Source: an uncultured Chloroflexia bacterium (lineage in GTDB: Bacteria > Chloroflexota > Limnocylindria > Limnocylindrales > CSP1-4). From it: 64,000 nt of DNA. The stretch is taken from NCBI GenBank assembly GCA_963748625.1, contig CAVVJT010000003.1, positions 224,001 through 288,000 of the forward strand. The letters are read 5' to 3'. Of this stretch, positions 1 through 9,741 are shown piece by piece. The notes under the pieces were generated by a model, which was not told the DNA's origin, did not search any database, and was given only the letters and a program-made list of their open reading frames with translations. Each line of letters opens with the position of its first letter. Within the stretch, counting starts at the first letter, position 1. A program made the translations under genes and the position numbers.

Positions 1-1004
1 CGCACGGCGACGGCCGCGGTCTCCACTGCGTACCAGATCATCCGGCGTTTGGCCGAGCCATGGGTGATGAGCAGCATGCCACGCACCCCCAGCAGCGGCG
101 AGGCACCGACGACCTCGTAGTCGAAGTTGCCCCGGATACGCGCGATGGACGGCTTCATCAGCAGGCCCGCGATCTTGCCGCGCAGGGAGCCCAGGAACTC
201 GGCCTTGAGCATGTCGAAGATGTACATCGACAGGCCCTCGAAGAACTTGATGACCACGTTGCCCAGGACCGCGTCGCACACGACGACATCGGCGGCGAAC
301 CTCGTCAGGTCACGGCCCTCGACGTTGCCGATGAAGTTGAGGTCCGTCTCGTCGATGAGCTCGGTGGCGCGAGCGATCCGCGCGTCGCCCTTCCCCTTCT
401 CCTCCCCGATGGAGAGCAGTGCGACACGGGGGTTCGCGATGCCCATCACCCGCTCCGCGAAGATCGAGCCCATGCGCGCGTACTGCGCGAGGTTCTCGGC
501 CGTGGAGTCAGGGTTGGCGCCGATGTCCAGCAGCAGGAACGGCTTGGCGCCGGGCAGCTGGACGGCGAGTGCCGGGCGGTCGATGCCGGGCAGGGTGCCG
601 AGGATCAGCTTGCCGGCCGCAAAGCCCGCCCCCGTGTGGCCGGCCGTGATGACCGCGTCCGCCTCGCCGTTCTTGACGAGCTCGGTGGCCACGCGGATCG
701 AGGACTGCTTCTTGCGCGCGAGCGCTCGGGCGGGGTGCTCGTCCATGCCAACGACCTCGGGGCCGTGGACGAACGTCACGTTGGCGGGCGCTTCGCCCGC
801 GAGCCCCTGGAGCAGCGGCACGTCACCCACCAGGATGACGGCGTCAGCCGGGTGTTCCAGGGCCCACTTCACGGCACCGGGAACGACTTCCGACGCGCCA
901 TGATCGCCACCCATCGCGTCAACGGCGATGCGGACGCCACCGCTCGAAGGCACAGGGCTACCGCTGTCGGCGCCTGGTGTTCCGGGAGTCTCGCTCGTGG
1001 TCAC
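1..1004 (-). CDS. plsX: Phosphate acyltransferase PlsX (3' end outside window)
   Basis: Minus frame not in the ORF track reads VTTSETPG...GVRIAVDAMGGDH, with later TAGHTGA and DIGAN motifs; lies downstream of rpmF. Confidence 0.93.
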   Translation of the reverse strand, partial: MTTSETPGTPGADSGSPVPSSGGVRIAVDAMGGDHGASEVVPGAVKWALEHPADAVILVGDVPLLQGLAGEAPANVTFVHGPEVVGMDEHPARALARKKQSSIRVATELVKNGEADAVITAGHTGAGFAAGKLILGTLPGIDRPALAVQLPGAKPFLLLDIGANPDSTAENLAQYARMGSIFAERVMGIANPRVALLSIGEEKGKGDARIARATELIDETDLNFIGNVEGRDLTRFAADVVVCDAVLGNVVIKFFEGLSMYIFDMLKAEFLGSLRGKIAGLLMKPSIARIRGNFDYEVVGASPLLGVRGMLLITHGSAKRRMIWYAVETAAVAV

Positions 1005-1011
1005 GAGCGGG

Positions 1012-1218
1012 TTACGCGGACTCCTCGCCCGCGCCGCCGGCCGGCTTCAGCTGAACAGCCTGGCGGCCGTTGTACCAGCCACAGGCCGGGCACACCCGGT
1101 GCGGCAGCTTCGGCTCGTGGCAATGCGTGCACTCGACGAGCTGCGGCAGGGTGAGGGCGTGGTGGCTCCGCCGGTCCATCTGCCGTGCGTGAGCGACCTT
1201 TCGCTTCGGCACACCCAT
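1012..1218 (-). CDS. rpmF: 50S ribosomal protein L32 (zinc-binding form)
   Basis: MGVPKRK...CTHCHEPKLPHRVCPACGWYNGR; AAGGAG RBS. Confidence 0.97.
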   Translation of the reverse strand: MGVPKRKVAHARQMDRRSHHALTLPQLVECTHCHEPKLPHRVCPACGWYNGRQAVQLKPAGGAGEESA

Positions 1219-1346
1219 GTCGGTCTCTGCTCCTTGTTCGGTCGTGATGTCGCGCGCGGGCGTGCCCGCGTGTCGGTCAGGTCAAGTCGCCCGCTACCCG
1301 GGGCGCGCGAATGCGCCGCCGCAGGACGTGGGGCCGAGCGGGGAGT

Positions 1347-1940
1347 CTACCGGGTCTCGTCGTCCGCGTCGAACCGGAACGCGCGCAGCGCCTCAAGGCG
1401 GGGGTCGATCGGGCCGTCACCGTGGCCGTGACCCGGCTCCTGGCGCTCTCCGCACTCCGGGCACAGGCCGGGGCAGTCCGGCTCACACAAGTAGGCGATG
1501 GGCTCCTGGAGGCTGATCGCCTCGGCGAGGAGCGACCGCAGGTCCAGCTCGTGATGGCCTGTGAGGCGGGGCGCCTCCGGGTCGGCATCCTCCTCGAGCG
1601 GGACCGGCTGGCCGGTCACCATGTCGATGGTGGGCAGGACCTCCTCGTCGACGCGTGCCGCGAGGATCGTCTCCACCGGGCGCAGGCAGCGGGCGCACTC
1701 CCCCGCCATCGCGGTGGCGACCCTGGCCTCCACGATCAGGCCCCGGTTCGTCCGCGAGAGCTTGAGCGCCCCGGCCACGGGCCGGCTGAGCTGCACCCCC
1801 TCGCCGATCTCGACCTCGACCGGACCGATGGGGTACTCGCGGACGGTTCCCGGCGCCTCGGCCATGAGGCCGGACATGGCCAGGAGGAGCGGATCGCCGT
1901 GGGCGTCGAGCGGATGTGCGCGGCTGGAGTCGGGGTTCAT
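1347..1940 (-). CDS. yceD: DUF177/YceD family protein
   Basis: ECARCL and LCEPDCPGLCPECG...IDPRLEAL motifs; directly upstream of rpmF. Confidence 0.92.
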   Translation of the reverse strand: MNPDSSRAHPLDAHGDPLLLAMSGLMAEAPGTVREYPIGPVEVEIGEGVQLSRPVAGALKLSRTNRGLIVEARVATAMAGECARCLRPVETILAARVDEEVLPTIDMVTGQPVPLEEDADPEAPRLTGHHELDLRSLLAEAISLQEPIAYLCEPDCPGLCPECGERQEPGHGHGDGPIDPRLEALRAFRFDADDETR

Positions 1941-2500
1941 CGCCGGCCGGCCGGTGAGGCTCCCGCTTCTTCGTCCTCGAAGCCGTCGGACGTGCTGACG
2001 GGCGCGTAGGCATCCTCGTCGTAGACGGGCTCGGTGGCGGTCGGCTGGGAGGCCGCGCGGCGCTCGTCGAGCATCTGGATGCCTCGCTCGATCTGCGCGA
2101 GCGTGCTGGTGACCGATGTCTCGAGGGTGGCGAGCACGCCGGCGGCGTAGTCGTCGGCGCCGGCCCGGACATCGACTGCGTCCGCCTCGGCATCGGCGAG
2201 GATCCGCCGGCTCTCATCCTCGGCGGCCTCCGTGAGGCCTCGCTCCCCGATCAGGTATGCGGCCTGCTCCTGGGCGCGGGCGACGATCCGCTCGGCCTCC
2301 TCCTGCGCCTTCTCGATGATCCGCTCGCCCTCCTGGTTGATCCGCTTGGCGGCACGGACCTCCTCGGGCACGGCGACACGCAGCTCATCGATGAGATTGA
2401 GGGCAGCGTCCCGGTCGATGATGGCGCTGCGCGTCAACGGCAGGGGTTTGCCGTTCGCGATCAGCGACTCGAGCCGCTCGACGAGAAAGATGATGTCCAG
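1937..2500 (-). CDS. Conserved coiled-coil protein (DivIVA/ATPase-subunit-like) between coaD and yceD; probable CTG start
   Basis: In-frame extension LDIIFLVERLESLIANGKPLPLTRSAIIDRD; AGGGGAGG RBS 6 nt before CTG at 2500. Confidence 0.8.
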   Translation of the reverse strand: MDIIFLVERLESLIANGKPLPLTRSAIIDRDAALNLIDELRVAVPEEVRAAKRINQEGERIIEKAQEEAERIVARAQEQAAYLIGERGLTEAAEDESRRILADAEADAVDVRAGADDYAAGVLATLETSVTSTLAQIERGIQMLDERRAASQPTATEPVYDEDAYAPVSTSDGFEDEEAGASPAGRR

Positions 2501-2590
2501 CGGGGGCCTCCCCTGGGCGCACCGCCCCGGCGGGGCGTGATCACCCGGATTATGGCACGGCAGCGGCGCGCGCCCGGTCCGTTGCGCGTT

Positions 2591-3088
2591 CTACCGGCGT
2601 CCCGCGAGCGCCAGGGCCATTGCGGCATCGGCTGCGGGCGGCAGCATCGCCTGCACCTCGCCCCCGAAGAGCGCGATCTCCTTGACCAGGCTCGAGGAGA
2701 TGAAGCTGTTCTCCAGGCTGGTCATGAAGAACACCGTGTCGATGTCAGGGGCCAGCTGGTGATTGTTGTGGGCAAGCTGGAGCTCGATGTCGAAGTCCGC
2801 GATCGCGCGCAGGCCGCGCACCAGGAACGCGGCGCCCACCTCCTGGCAGAACTGGACCGTCAGCCCGTCGAACGTGCGGACCTCCACCACGGGTGCGAGA
2901 TCCGGATCGTCGGCGACCACGGCGCGGATGATGGCGACGCGCTCCTCGGCCGACAGCAGCGGCGACTTGCGCGGGTTGCCGAGCACCGCCACCACGACAT
3001 GGTCGAAGACGTGGGCCGCGCGCCGGATGATGTCCACGTGGCCATTGGTGATCGGGTCGAAGGACCCCGGGTAGACCGCGACCTTCAC
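2591..3088 (-). CDS. coaD: Phosphopantetheine adenylyltransferase
   Basis: YPGSFDPITNGHVDII, RGLR and ISSSLVKE motifs. Confidence 0.97.
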   Translation of the reverse strand: MKVAVYPGSFDPITNGHVDIIRRAAHVFDHVVVAVLGNPRKSPLLSAEERVAIIRAVVADDPDLAPVVEVRTFDGLTVQFCQEVGAAFLVRGLRAIADFDIELQLAHNNHQLAPDIDTVFFMTSLENSFISSSLVKEIALFGGEVQAMLPPAADAAMALALAGRR

Positions 3089-3678
3089 GCCTCACCGCCT
3101 TCCTGGGACGGCGCCACACCGCGCCGGTAGAACGTCAGCGCCGTCTCGCCGAAGCGGCGCTCACGCTCGGATGCTAGCAGCCCGATCACCGGTGGGGGCG
3201 CGTCCCGCCAGAAGTGCTTCGAGATCACGACCCCGCCGGGCCGCACGTGCGCCGCGACCTGCTCGAGCGCGCGGACGAGGGATGGGACATCGGCGTACGG
3301 CGGATCCACGATCACGATGTCGAACGGGCCGGCCGCTGCGGCGCCCGCGGGGTCCGCGAGCCAGGCGGCCACGTCGCGCCTGACGACCTGCGCCTCCGCT
3401 TCGAGGCGGGCTCGCCTCATGTTCTCGTGGATGACGCGGACCGCCCCGGCATCCTTCTCGACGAACACTGCCCGCGCCGCACCCCGGCTGAGCGCCTCGA
3501 TGCCCCCGGCGCCGGAGCCCGCGAACAGGTCCAGGACGACCGCGTCCTCGAGCTCGGGCTCCAGCACGCCGAACAGGGTCTGCTTCACGCGGTCGGTGAG
3601 CGGGCGCGTGCCGGGCCCGGGCGCGGCGAGTCGGACACCCCGCGCGGAACCTGCGATCACGCGGCCGGCGTCGGCCAT
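3085..3678 (-). CDS. rsmD: 16S rRNA m2G966 methyltransferase
   Basis: RVIAG..RG, TRPLTDRVK, LDLFAGSG and DPPY motifs. Confidence 0.95.
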   Translation of the reverse strand: MADAGRVIAGSARGVRLAAPGPGTRPLTDRVKQTLFGVLEPELEDAVVLDLFAGSGAGGIEALSRGAARAVFVEKDAGAVRVIHENMRRARLEAEAQVVRRDVAAWLADPAGAAAAGPFDIVIVDPPYADVPSLVRALEQVAAHVRPGGVVISKHFWRDAPPPVIGLLASERERRFGETALTFYRRGVAPSQEGGEA

Positions 3679-5951
3679 CAGGCGGCACTTGCCGGGTCGC
3701 CGGCAAAGACATGGCGGAGCCAGCCGTGCTCCAGCTCCTGGCGCAGGGCGGGCTCGGTCGGGAGGATGGACCCCTGGCTGTCGAGGAGCGCCTCCGCGTC
3801 CACACGTGCCTCGGCCGCAAGCGCCCGGTGCTCGAGATTCGTGAGCGTCGCCACGCGCAGCCTCGGCAGGCCGCTCTGCGCGAGGCCCAGGACGTTGCCC
3901 TCGCGACGCAGCTCAAAGTCTTTCTCGGCCAGCAGGAAGCCGTCCGAGGAGGCGGCCACCGCCTTGAGGCGCTCGTGCTCGGTGCTGCCCTCGGCGGCCT
4001 CGCTCACGAGCACACAGAAGGACGCGTCGGTGCCGCGGCCCACCCGGCCGCGGAGCTGGTGGAGCTGCGCGAGCCCGAAGCGCTCCGCGCTCTCGACGAT
4101 CATCAGCGTCGCCTCCGGTACGTCCACGCCCACCTCGATCACGGTGGTGCCCACCAGGACGTCCAGCTCCCCGTCGCGGAAGCGGGCCATCTCCAGGTCG
4201 CGGTCGGCCGCCTTGAGGCGCCCGTGGACGAGGCCCACCCGCAGCGGCGCAAGCAGGGCGGTGAGGCGCGTGAACTCCTCCTCCGCAGCAGCGGCCCAGG
4301 CGGTCTCGAGATCCTCGTCGGGCAGCTCGTCGTCGCCGCCGTATCCCGAGTCGGGATCGTCAGCTTTGGCGGCCGCCGGACCGATCCGCGGCACCACGAC
4401 GAACGTCCGGCGGCCATGCGCAGCTTCGTCGCGGACGCGCTGCCAGGTCCCGTCGAGCTCGTCCGTGCGGCGGATGCCGGTCCGGATGGCGATGCGGCCC
4501 GCGGGCGGGGTGTGCAGCTCCGAGAGGTCGAGGTCCGCGTAGAGCACCTGGCCCAGCGTCCGCGGGATGGGCGTCGCGGTCATGAGCAGCACGTGCGGCG
4601 CATGGCGGGCCTTGGCCTCGAGTGCGCCACGCTGCTCCACCCCAAACCGGTGCTGCTCGTCCACCACGGCGAGCGCGAGGTCCCGGAAGACGACCTTCTC
4701 CTGGAGCAGCGCGTGCGTGCCCACCACCACCTGCGCCTGTCCGGTCTCGATCGCCTCGTAGGCGTTCTTGCGGCCGGGCGCGGTGAGCGATCCCGTGAGC
4801 AGCGTCACCGGCAGGCCGAGGTCCTCCAGGAGTGCCCCCACCGTGACCGCATGCTGCCGGGCGAGCAGGTCCGTGGGCGCCAGCAGCGCCGCCTGCCGAC
4901 CCGCGAGCGCCGCGGCGGCGAGGGCCCAGGCGGCCACCGCCGTCTTGCCCGAGCCCACGTCCCCCTGGACCAGCCGGAGCATGGGGACCGGCCGGGCGAG
5001 GTCCGCGCGGATCTCGGCGAGCGTCGTGGCCTGGTCGTCGGTCAGCTGCACCGGGTGGCCCAGCTTGCGCGAGATCGACGCGGCAAGCGCCTCGCGGACG
5101 CGCTCGTCCGTCGCGGCATCCACGTCGATGGCCAGGGTCGTGGCCCGCCCACGCGCCCGCCGCCGCCCCACCATGCCCAGCTGCAGCGCGAGGAGCTCGT
5201 CGAACGCCAGGCGGCGCAGAGCCCCGTCCTTCGCCTCGAACTCGGCCGGGTAGTGGGCCGACTCGAGGGCCGCGGTGATCCCCGGAAGCCCGTGGCGGGC
5301 CATCACCGGCGCCGGCAGGTACTCGGGGTAGACAGCGCCGGCCCCATCGAGGGCGGCCCGCATTGCCGCCCGCAGCCGGGCAGCGGTGACGCCGCTCGTC
5401 AGGCGGTAGACGGGAACGATCCGCCCGACGTGCAGCAGGTTGGCAGCATCAGCCGGCTGGAAGTCCGGGCCATCGAAGACGATGCCCCCGTTGCGGTGGC
5501 GGATCTTGCCCGACACCAGGATCTCGTCACCCTCGCGCAGGCGGCGCTCGATGAAGCGGCGGCCGAACCACGATGCCGTGGCGAAGCCCGTGGGATCCAC
5601 GAGCCGGGCCTCGGTGACCTGGACCTTGCGCCGCCAGGTCTGCTGCACATGGACGGACTGCACCGTGACATGGGCGGAGGCGACGGTCCCGTCATCGAGG
5701 GAGCGCACGCCCGCCAGCGTCCGCAGCTCGCGCAGGTCGTCGTAGCGACGCGGGAGATGGAACAGGAAATCCCGCACACTCTCGATGCCCATGCGGCGGG
5801 CCTGGCGCTTGAGGCCGGTCAGCTGCGGGATGCCGCTGGCGCCCAGGGAGGCGGCCAGGAGCTCGACCGGGTCGGATGGCACCGTCTGGACGACCGGCGG
5901 CCGGAGCGACCGGCCGGCCTTCGGCGTGGCGGCCCGCCTGCGCTCGCTCAC
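3678..5951 (-). CDS. recG: ATP-dependent DNA helicase RecG
   Basis: QGDVGSGKT, DEQHRFG, MTATPIPRTL and QLHQLRGRVGR motifs. Confidence 0.97.
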   Translation of the reverse strand: MSERRRAATPKAGRSLRPPVVQTVPSDPVELLAASLGASGIPQLTGLKRQARRMGIESVRDFLFHLPRRYDDLRELRTLAGVRSLDDGTVASAHVTVQSVHVQQTWRRKVQVTEARLVDPTGFATASWFGRRFIERRLREGDEILVSGKIRHRNGGIVFDGPDFQPADAANLLHVGRIVPVYRLTSGVTAARLRAAMRAALDGAGAVYPEYLPAPVMARHGLPGITAALESAHYPAEFEAKDGALRRLAFDELLALQLGMVGRRRARGRATTLAIDVDAATDERVREALAASISRKLGHPVQLTDDQATTLAEIRADLARPVPMLRLVQGDVGSGKTAVAAWALAAAALAGRQAALLAPTDLLARQHAVTVGALLEDLGLPVTLLTGSLTAPGRKNAYEAIETGQAQVVVGTHALLQEKVVFRDLALAVVDEQHRFGVEQRGALEAKARHAPHVLLMTATPIPRTLGQVLYADLDLSELHTPPAGRIAIRTGIRRTDELDGTWQRVRDEAAHGRRTFVVVPRIGPAAAKADDPDSGYGGDDELPDEDLETAWAAAAEEEFTRLTALLAPLRVGLVHGRLKAADRDLEMARFRDGELDVLVGTTVIEVGVDVPEATLMIVESAERFGLAQLHQLRGRVGRGTDASFCVLVSEAAEGSTEHERLKAVAASSDGFLLAEKDFELRREGNVLGLAQSGLPRLRVATLTNLEHRALAAEARVDAEALLDSQGSILPTEPALRQELEHGWLRHVFAGDPASAA

Positions 5952-7705
5952 TCCGCGGAGATCAGGTACCGGTAATGGGGCTGGCCCCCGTGGGCAAGGA
6001 CCACGTCCTCGAGACCCGGCGCTGCCTCGCGAATCCGCCCCACGAGCGCCTCGGCCTCGTCGAGCGTGGCGTCCTCGCCGTAATAGATGGTGATCAGTGC
6101 GAAGCCCGGCGCCAGACGCGCGATCGCAGCAAGCACGGCCTTGGTGGTGTCGTTGTCCACCGAGAGCAGGCCGTCATCGGGGTCGAGCACGATGGTCTGG
6201 CCCTTGCGCACCTTGTGGCCCGAGACGGTGGCGTCGCGGACGGCCTCGGTGGCCTGCATGGTCTGGAGCCCGCGGCCGGCCTCGGTCATGCCGGCGGCGT
6301 TGGCGGCCGCGGCGCGCGTCGGATCCAGCTCGAACAGGGCAGCCACGCCCTCCGCGCAGTTGCGCGTCGGGACGACGTGGACGACACGGTCGGTCATGGA
6401 TGCGACCTGGCGCGCCGCCAGCACGACGTTGGGGTTGTTGGGCAGGATCAGGAGCTCATCGGCCTGGGTCGCCTGGACCGCCTCGAGCAGCTCGCCGGTG
6501 GACGGGTTCGCGCTCTGGCCCCCGCGGACGATCCGGAAGGCGCCGAACTCGCGGAAGTGCGCCGCAGTGTCCTCGAGGATCGCAGCGAGGCCGTCGGACG
6601 GGGCGACGCACACGACCCCCAGCGGCATCCGCGTGGCGGGACCTTGCGACGCCTCGGCATCGGCGGCAACCGCCCCGGCCTGCGCTAGCAGCACGGACCT
6701 CGCCTGGTGCTCGGATCCCGTGCCGCCCTCCTCGCCGACGAACGCGGCAGCTTTTGCCTCGCGCACATCGTGGGCCTGGTTGTCGAGGTTCTCGATCGTG
6801 ATCCGCGACAGCGAGCCGATGCCCAGGCCGTACGAGATCACGGCGTCCGGGCGATCGTTGTGGACGTGGACCTTCACCATGTGGGCGTCGCCGGCGACCA
6901 TCACCGAGTCCCCGATGGACTCCAGGTGGGCCTGGATGGCGGGCACATCCAGCGCGTGCCCCGGGTTGGCGCGCAGCAGGTAGACGGTCTCGTAGCCGAA
7001 CGCGCTCTCCTCGCCCGAGGGGACGGCGACTGGAGCGGGACGAGGGCTGACTTGGGCACCGACCCGGGTGGGGGCCGTGGCGGTCTGGCCCCGTACGGCC
7101 CCGAGCGCGCCCTGGAGGAGCCGGAAGAGTCCCTGGCCGCCCGAGTCAACGACGTGGGCCTCGCGCAGGATCGGCAGCAGGCTGGGGGTCTTGGCGACCG
7201 CCTTCTCGGCGGCGTCCACGGCGGCGGCGAGCACCGCCTCGGCGCTGTTGTCGCGCTCGGCGGCCGCGACGGCTGCTGCCGACGCCTCCCGCACGACCGT
7301 CAGGATGGTTCCCTCGACGGGCTTCGCGACGGCCCCATAGGCCTTCTTCGTTCCGGCCTCCAGGGCATAGGCGAGGTCGAGCCCGTTGAAGCGGCGCTTG
7401 CCGGCCAGGCCATGGGCCACGCCCGCGAGGATCTGGCTGGTGATGACCCCGGAGTTGCCGCGCGCGCCCATCAGGGCCCCGAAGCTCACGGCCTGGGCAA
7501 TCCGCTCCGCGTCACCCTCCGGCCCCACCTTGTCCGCCTCCTCGAGCGCGGCGCGCACGGTGGCGAGCATGTTGGTGCCGGTGTCGCCGTCGGGGACCGG
7601 GAAGACGTTGAGCGAGTTGATCTCGTCCACGTTCGCTTCGAGGGTGGCGACCGCAGCCCGGAACGCGGCCAGGAGGCCGGCCCCGTCACATGACCGACGC
7701 GGCAT
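5948..7705 (-). CDS. DAK2-domain protein (fatty acid kinase FakA/YloV family)
   Basis: INSLNVFPVPDGDTGTNM, GARGNSGVI, GGQSANPS and GGQPHYRYLISAE motifs. Confidence 0.93.
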   Translation of the reverse strand: MPRRSCDGAGLLAAFRAAVATLEANVDEINSLNVFPVPDGDTGTNMLATVRAALEEADKVGPEGDAERIAQAVSFGALMGARGNSGVITSQILAGVAHGLAGKRRFNGLDLAYALEAGTKKAYGAVAKPVEGTILTVVREASAAAVAAAERDNSAEAVLAAAVDAAEKAVAKTPSLLPILREAHVVDSGGQGLFRLLQGALGAVRGQTATAPTRVGAQVSPRPAPVAVPSGEESAFGYETVYLLRANPGHALDVPAIQAHLESIGDSVMVAGDAHMVKVHVHNDRPDAVISYGLGIGSLSRITIENLDNQAHDVREAKAAAFVGEEGGTGSEHQARSVLLAQAGAVAADAEASQGPATRMPLGVVCVAPSDGLAAILEDTAAHFREFGAFRIVRGGQSANPSTGELLEAVQATQADELLILPNNPNVVLAARQVASMTDRVVHVVPTRNCAEGVAALFELDPTRAAAANAAGMTEAGRGLQTMQATEAVRDATVSGHKVRKGQTIVLDPDDGLLSVDNDTTKAVLAAIARLAPGFALITIYYGEDATLDEAEALVGRIREAAPGLEDVVLAHGGQPHYRYLISAE

Positions 7706-8127
7706 CAGGCGACGTCCGTCCCGCTCGCCGCAAGGTCCGACGGGCCGGGCTCGCCCGAGGCGGGTGGGGCCTCGACCGGGGCGGCGAGACGCTGCTGGTG
7801 GACGAGGCGGCCGATGCGGATCGTGACCTCGTCCGGCTCGCGGCCGATGCCCTGGCGCAGGGTCCAGCGGACGGACGACTCCACCTGGCGGGCGACCTCC
7901 GCGATGGGCAGGCCGTACGCGACCGTGAGGCGCAAGTGGATGACGAGCTCGGGCTCGAGCTCCACGCGAAGGCCGGGATGGGCGAGTCCAACGCGCTCCA
8001 GCAGCCGCCGCACCGGTCCGCCACCGGCGAAGCCCGTCACGCCATAGCTTGACACCACGGCATTGCGGACGAGCTCCCGGACGGCGCGGCGCGTGACGAC
8101 CGAGCGGCCGGGGACAGGATCGGACAC
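7705..8127 (-). CDS. Asp23/Gls24 family protein (YloU-like)
   Basis: SYGVTGF and VAYGLPIAEVARQV; typical position between rpmB and the DAK2 gene. Confidence 0.85.
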   Translation of the reverse strand: MSDPVPGRSVVTRRAVRELVRNAVVSSYGVTGFAGGGPVRRLLERVGLAHPGLRVELEPELVIHLRLTVAYGLPIAEVARQVESSVRWTLRQGIGREPDEVTIRIGRLVHQQRLAAPVEAPPASGEPGPSDLAASGTDVA

Positions 8128-8210
8128 GCGGACGACGACCTCCTCGTGGACGTGCCTCCCGCCGGTGTCCGGCGGGCGTCGACAGGGCTCCGGGACGGCG
8201 CCGGAGGCTG

Positions 8211-8219
8211 TGCTACCAT
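8211..8219 (+). promoter_or_regulatory. Putative extended -10 promoter of rpmB (TGcTACCAT)
   Basis: TG-n-TANNAT about 70 nt upstream of the rpmB ATG. Confidence 0.45.
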
Positions 8220-8288
8220 ACCACCCCGCTCACGCCGGTCCGCTGGCGTGCGCTCGTTTTCGGCCCAATCCGAGGATCATTACTGACC

Positions 8289-8489
8289 ATGGCTCGCAGC
8301 TGCGCCGTCTGCGGCAAGGTGTCGATGGGTGGCTTCAACCCGCAGTCGTCGGGGATGAACCGCGTTCGCGCACACCGCCGCTACCAGCCGAACCTCCAGG
8401 TCACGACGGTCAGCGGCAAGAACGGTGCGCCTGAGAAGGCGCTCGTCTGCACGCGCTGCCGCCGGACCGCCACCAAGAGCGCGCGCTAG
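8289..8489 (+). CDS. rpmB: 50S ribosomal protein L28
   Basis: MARSCAVCGK...RRYQPNLQ...VCTRCRRT. Confidence 0.95.
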   Translation: MARSCAVCGKVSMGGFNPQSSGMNRVRAHRRYQPNLQVTTVSGKNGAPEKALVCTRCRRTATKSAR

Positions 8490-8512
8490 ACCGTTCACCC
8501 GGCCTGGACACA

Positions 8513-8540
8513 AGCCGGTCGCCCTGGCGGCCGGCTTTTC
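8513..8540 (+). terminator. Rho-independent terminator after rpmB
   Basis: aagccggtcgccctggcggccggctttt: hairpin followed by a T-run. Confidence 0.7.
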
Positions 8541-8640
8541 GTGTGCCCTGCCGGCGTGCTCTGCCGGCGTTCGCCGGCGCTGCCTGACTCACCACTGGAG
8601 GGGCTATCCGGTTGACTTCGGTTCCCACAAGATGTAGTGG

Positions 8641-8919
8641 TCAGCCCTGCGACTCCGTCATGCCGCTCCGTCCTCGCACGAACCGCCGCCAGCCGAGGAC
8701 AAGGACACCGAGTCCGACCACCATCCCAACGAGATAGGACGTCCACACGGCGACGATCATGGTCAGGGTGTCGTCGATGACCGAGAGGTCGTCGCCGTAG
8801 AGGAGGACGAGGATCCAGTGGCCGACAAGGGCGCACGCGAACGTCGCGGCGAGACCGACCAGGACGGCGATCCCGGCCAGCATCACGAACTTGGCGGCCC
8901 CGATCAGGTGCCTCGTCAT
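8641..8919 (-). CDS. Small membrane protein (2-3 TM), passenger inside the IS
   Basis: 92-aa hydrophobic ORF with an AGGGGGA RBS, located between the TIRs. Confidence 0.65.
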   Translation of the reverse strand: MTRHLIGAAKFVMLAGIAVLVGLAATFACALVGHWILVLLYGDDLSVIDDTLTMIVAVWTSYLVGMVVGLGVLVLGWRRFVRGRSGMTESQG

Positions 8920-8939
8920 AATCGTCCCCCTGTCTGACG

Positions 8940-9570
8940 GGCCGTTCCGTCCGCCGCTGCCGCCTCTGACGCACCGAGAGGTTCGATCGTGGCGCTGACG
9001 CCGCCTGCGGCCTGCGACGTCGCACGGACGACCTTCTTCGACGGCGTGAAGGGCACCTTCGGCAGGTCCTTCGCGCCGGTGATCGTGTCGTAGGTCGTCG
9101 GGCGCGCCCGGTCCCGAGGCCGAGCAGCGTCTGGAAGGCGGCGGCGAGGTTGAGCCGGCGGTTGTGGCGGAACACGAACTCGTCGAGGTAGACGGCGAGG
9201 TGTCGGCGGGTCACGCCGCGATGGGTCCCATTCAGCCACGCCTTGAGATTCCCGATGGCCTGGTGAGCCGCGTCCGTTCGAGGTTCACGGTGGCCCGGCG
9301 CAGCTTATGGAGGATCATCCATGCCGTCTCGTAGCGGGCGATGCCGAGTTGCCGCTGGATCCCGAGGGCCGATACCCCGCGCTTGTCGGTGATCATGAGG
9401 AACGCCACCCAGAACCAGATGAGAAGGGGCGTGCGGGTCCGGTGGAGGATCCGTCGGGCCATCGGCACTCGGCCAGATACTGCTCGCATGCCTCGTCGGT
9501 CGAGAACCGGCGCTGGAACTCGATGAGGGTCTTGGGGAGTCCGGGGCGTCGGGCGGCCACAGGTCGACAC
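8940..9570 (-). pseudogene. IS1595-family transposase, fragmented
   Basis: Pieces in different frames: PKTLIEFQRRFSTDEACEQYLAECRWPDG; HRTRTPLLIWFW...KRGVSALGIQRQLGIARYETAWMILHKLR; NLKAWLNGTHRGVTRRHLAVYLDEFVFRHNRR. Zinc ribbon and most of the DDE core are missing. Confidence 0.88.
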
Positions 9571-9741
9571 TGTGAGTTGCGCTGACCGGATTCAACCGGA
9601 TAGCCCTTCCACCACTGAGTCAAGGGATGCCCGTCCGAGCGTGGGGCGTACGCGCAACTCGGACCTGACCGCACGGTTCACGCGGGACCTGGGCCCAGGT
9701 GACTCCCCGCGGGGTCATCCCCTCCGCAGCGCCGCGGCAGC

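Larger units (their letters stand above)
8598..9609 (-). mobile_element. Non-autonomous, internally deleted IS1595-family element with passenger gene
   Basis: 25-bp imperfect TIRs (gaggggctatccggttgacttcggt / accggattcaaccggatagcccttc) flanked by an 8-bp direct repeat CACCACTG (8590-8597, 9610-9617); IS1595 transposase fragments inside. Confidence 0.85.
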
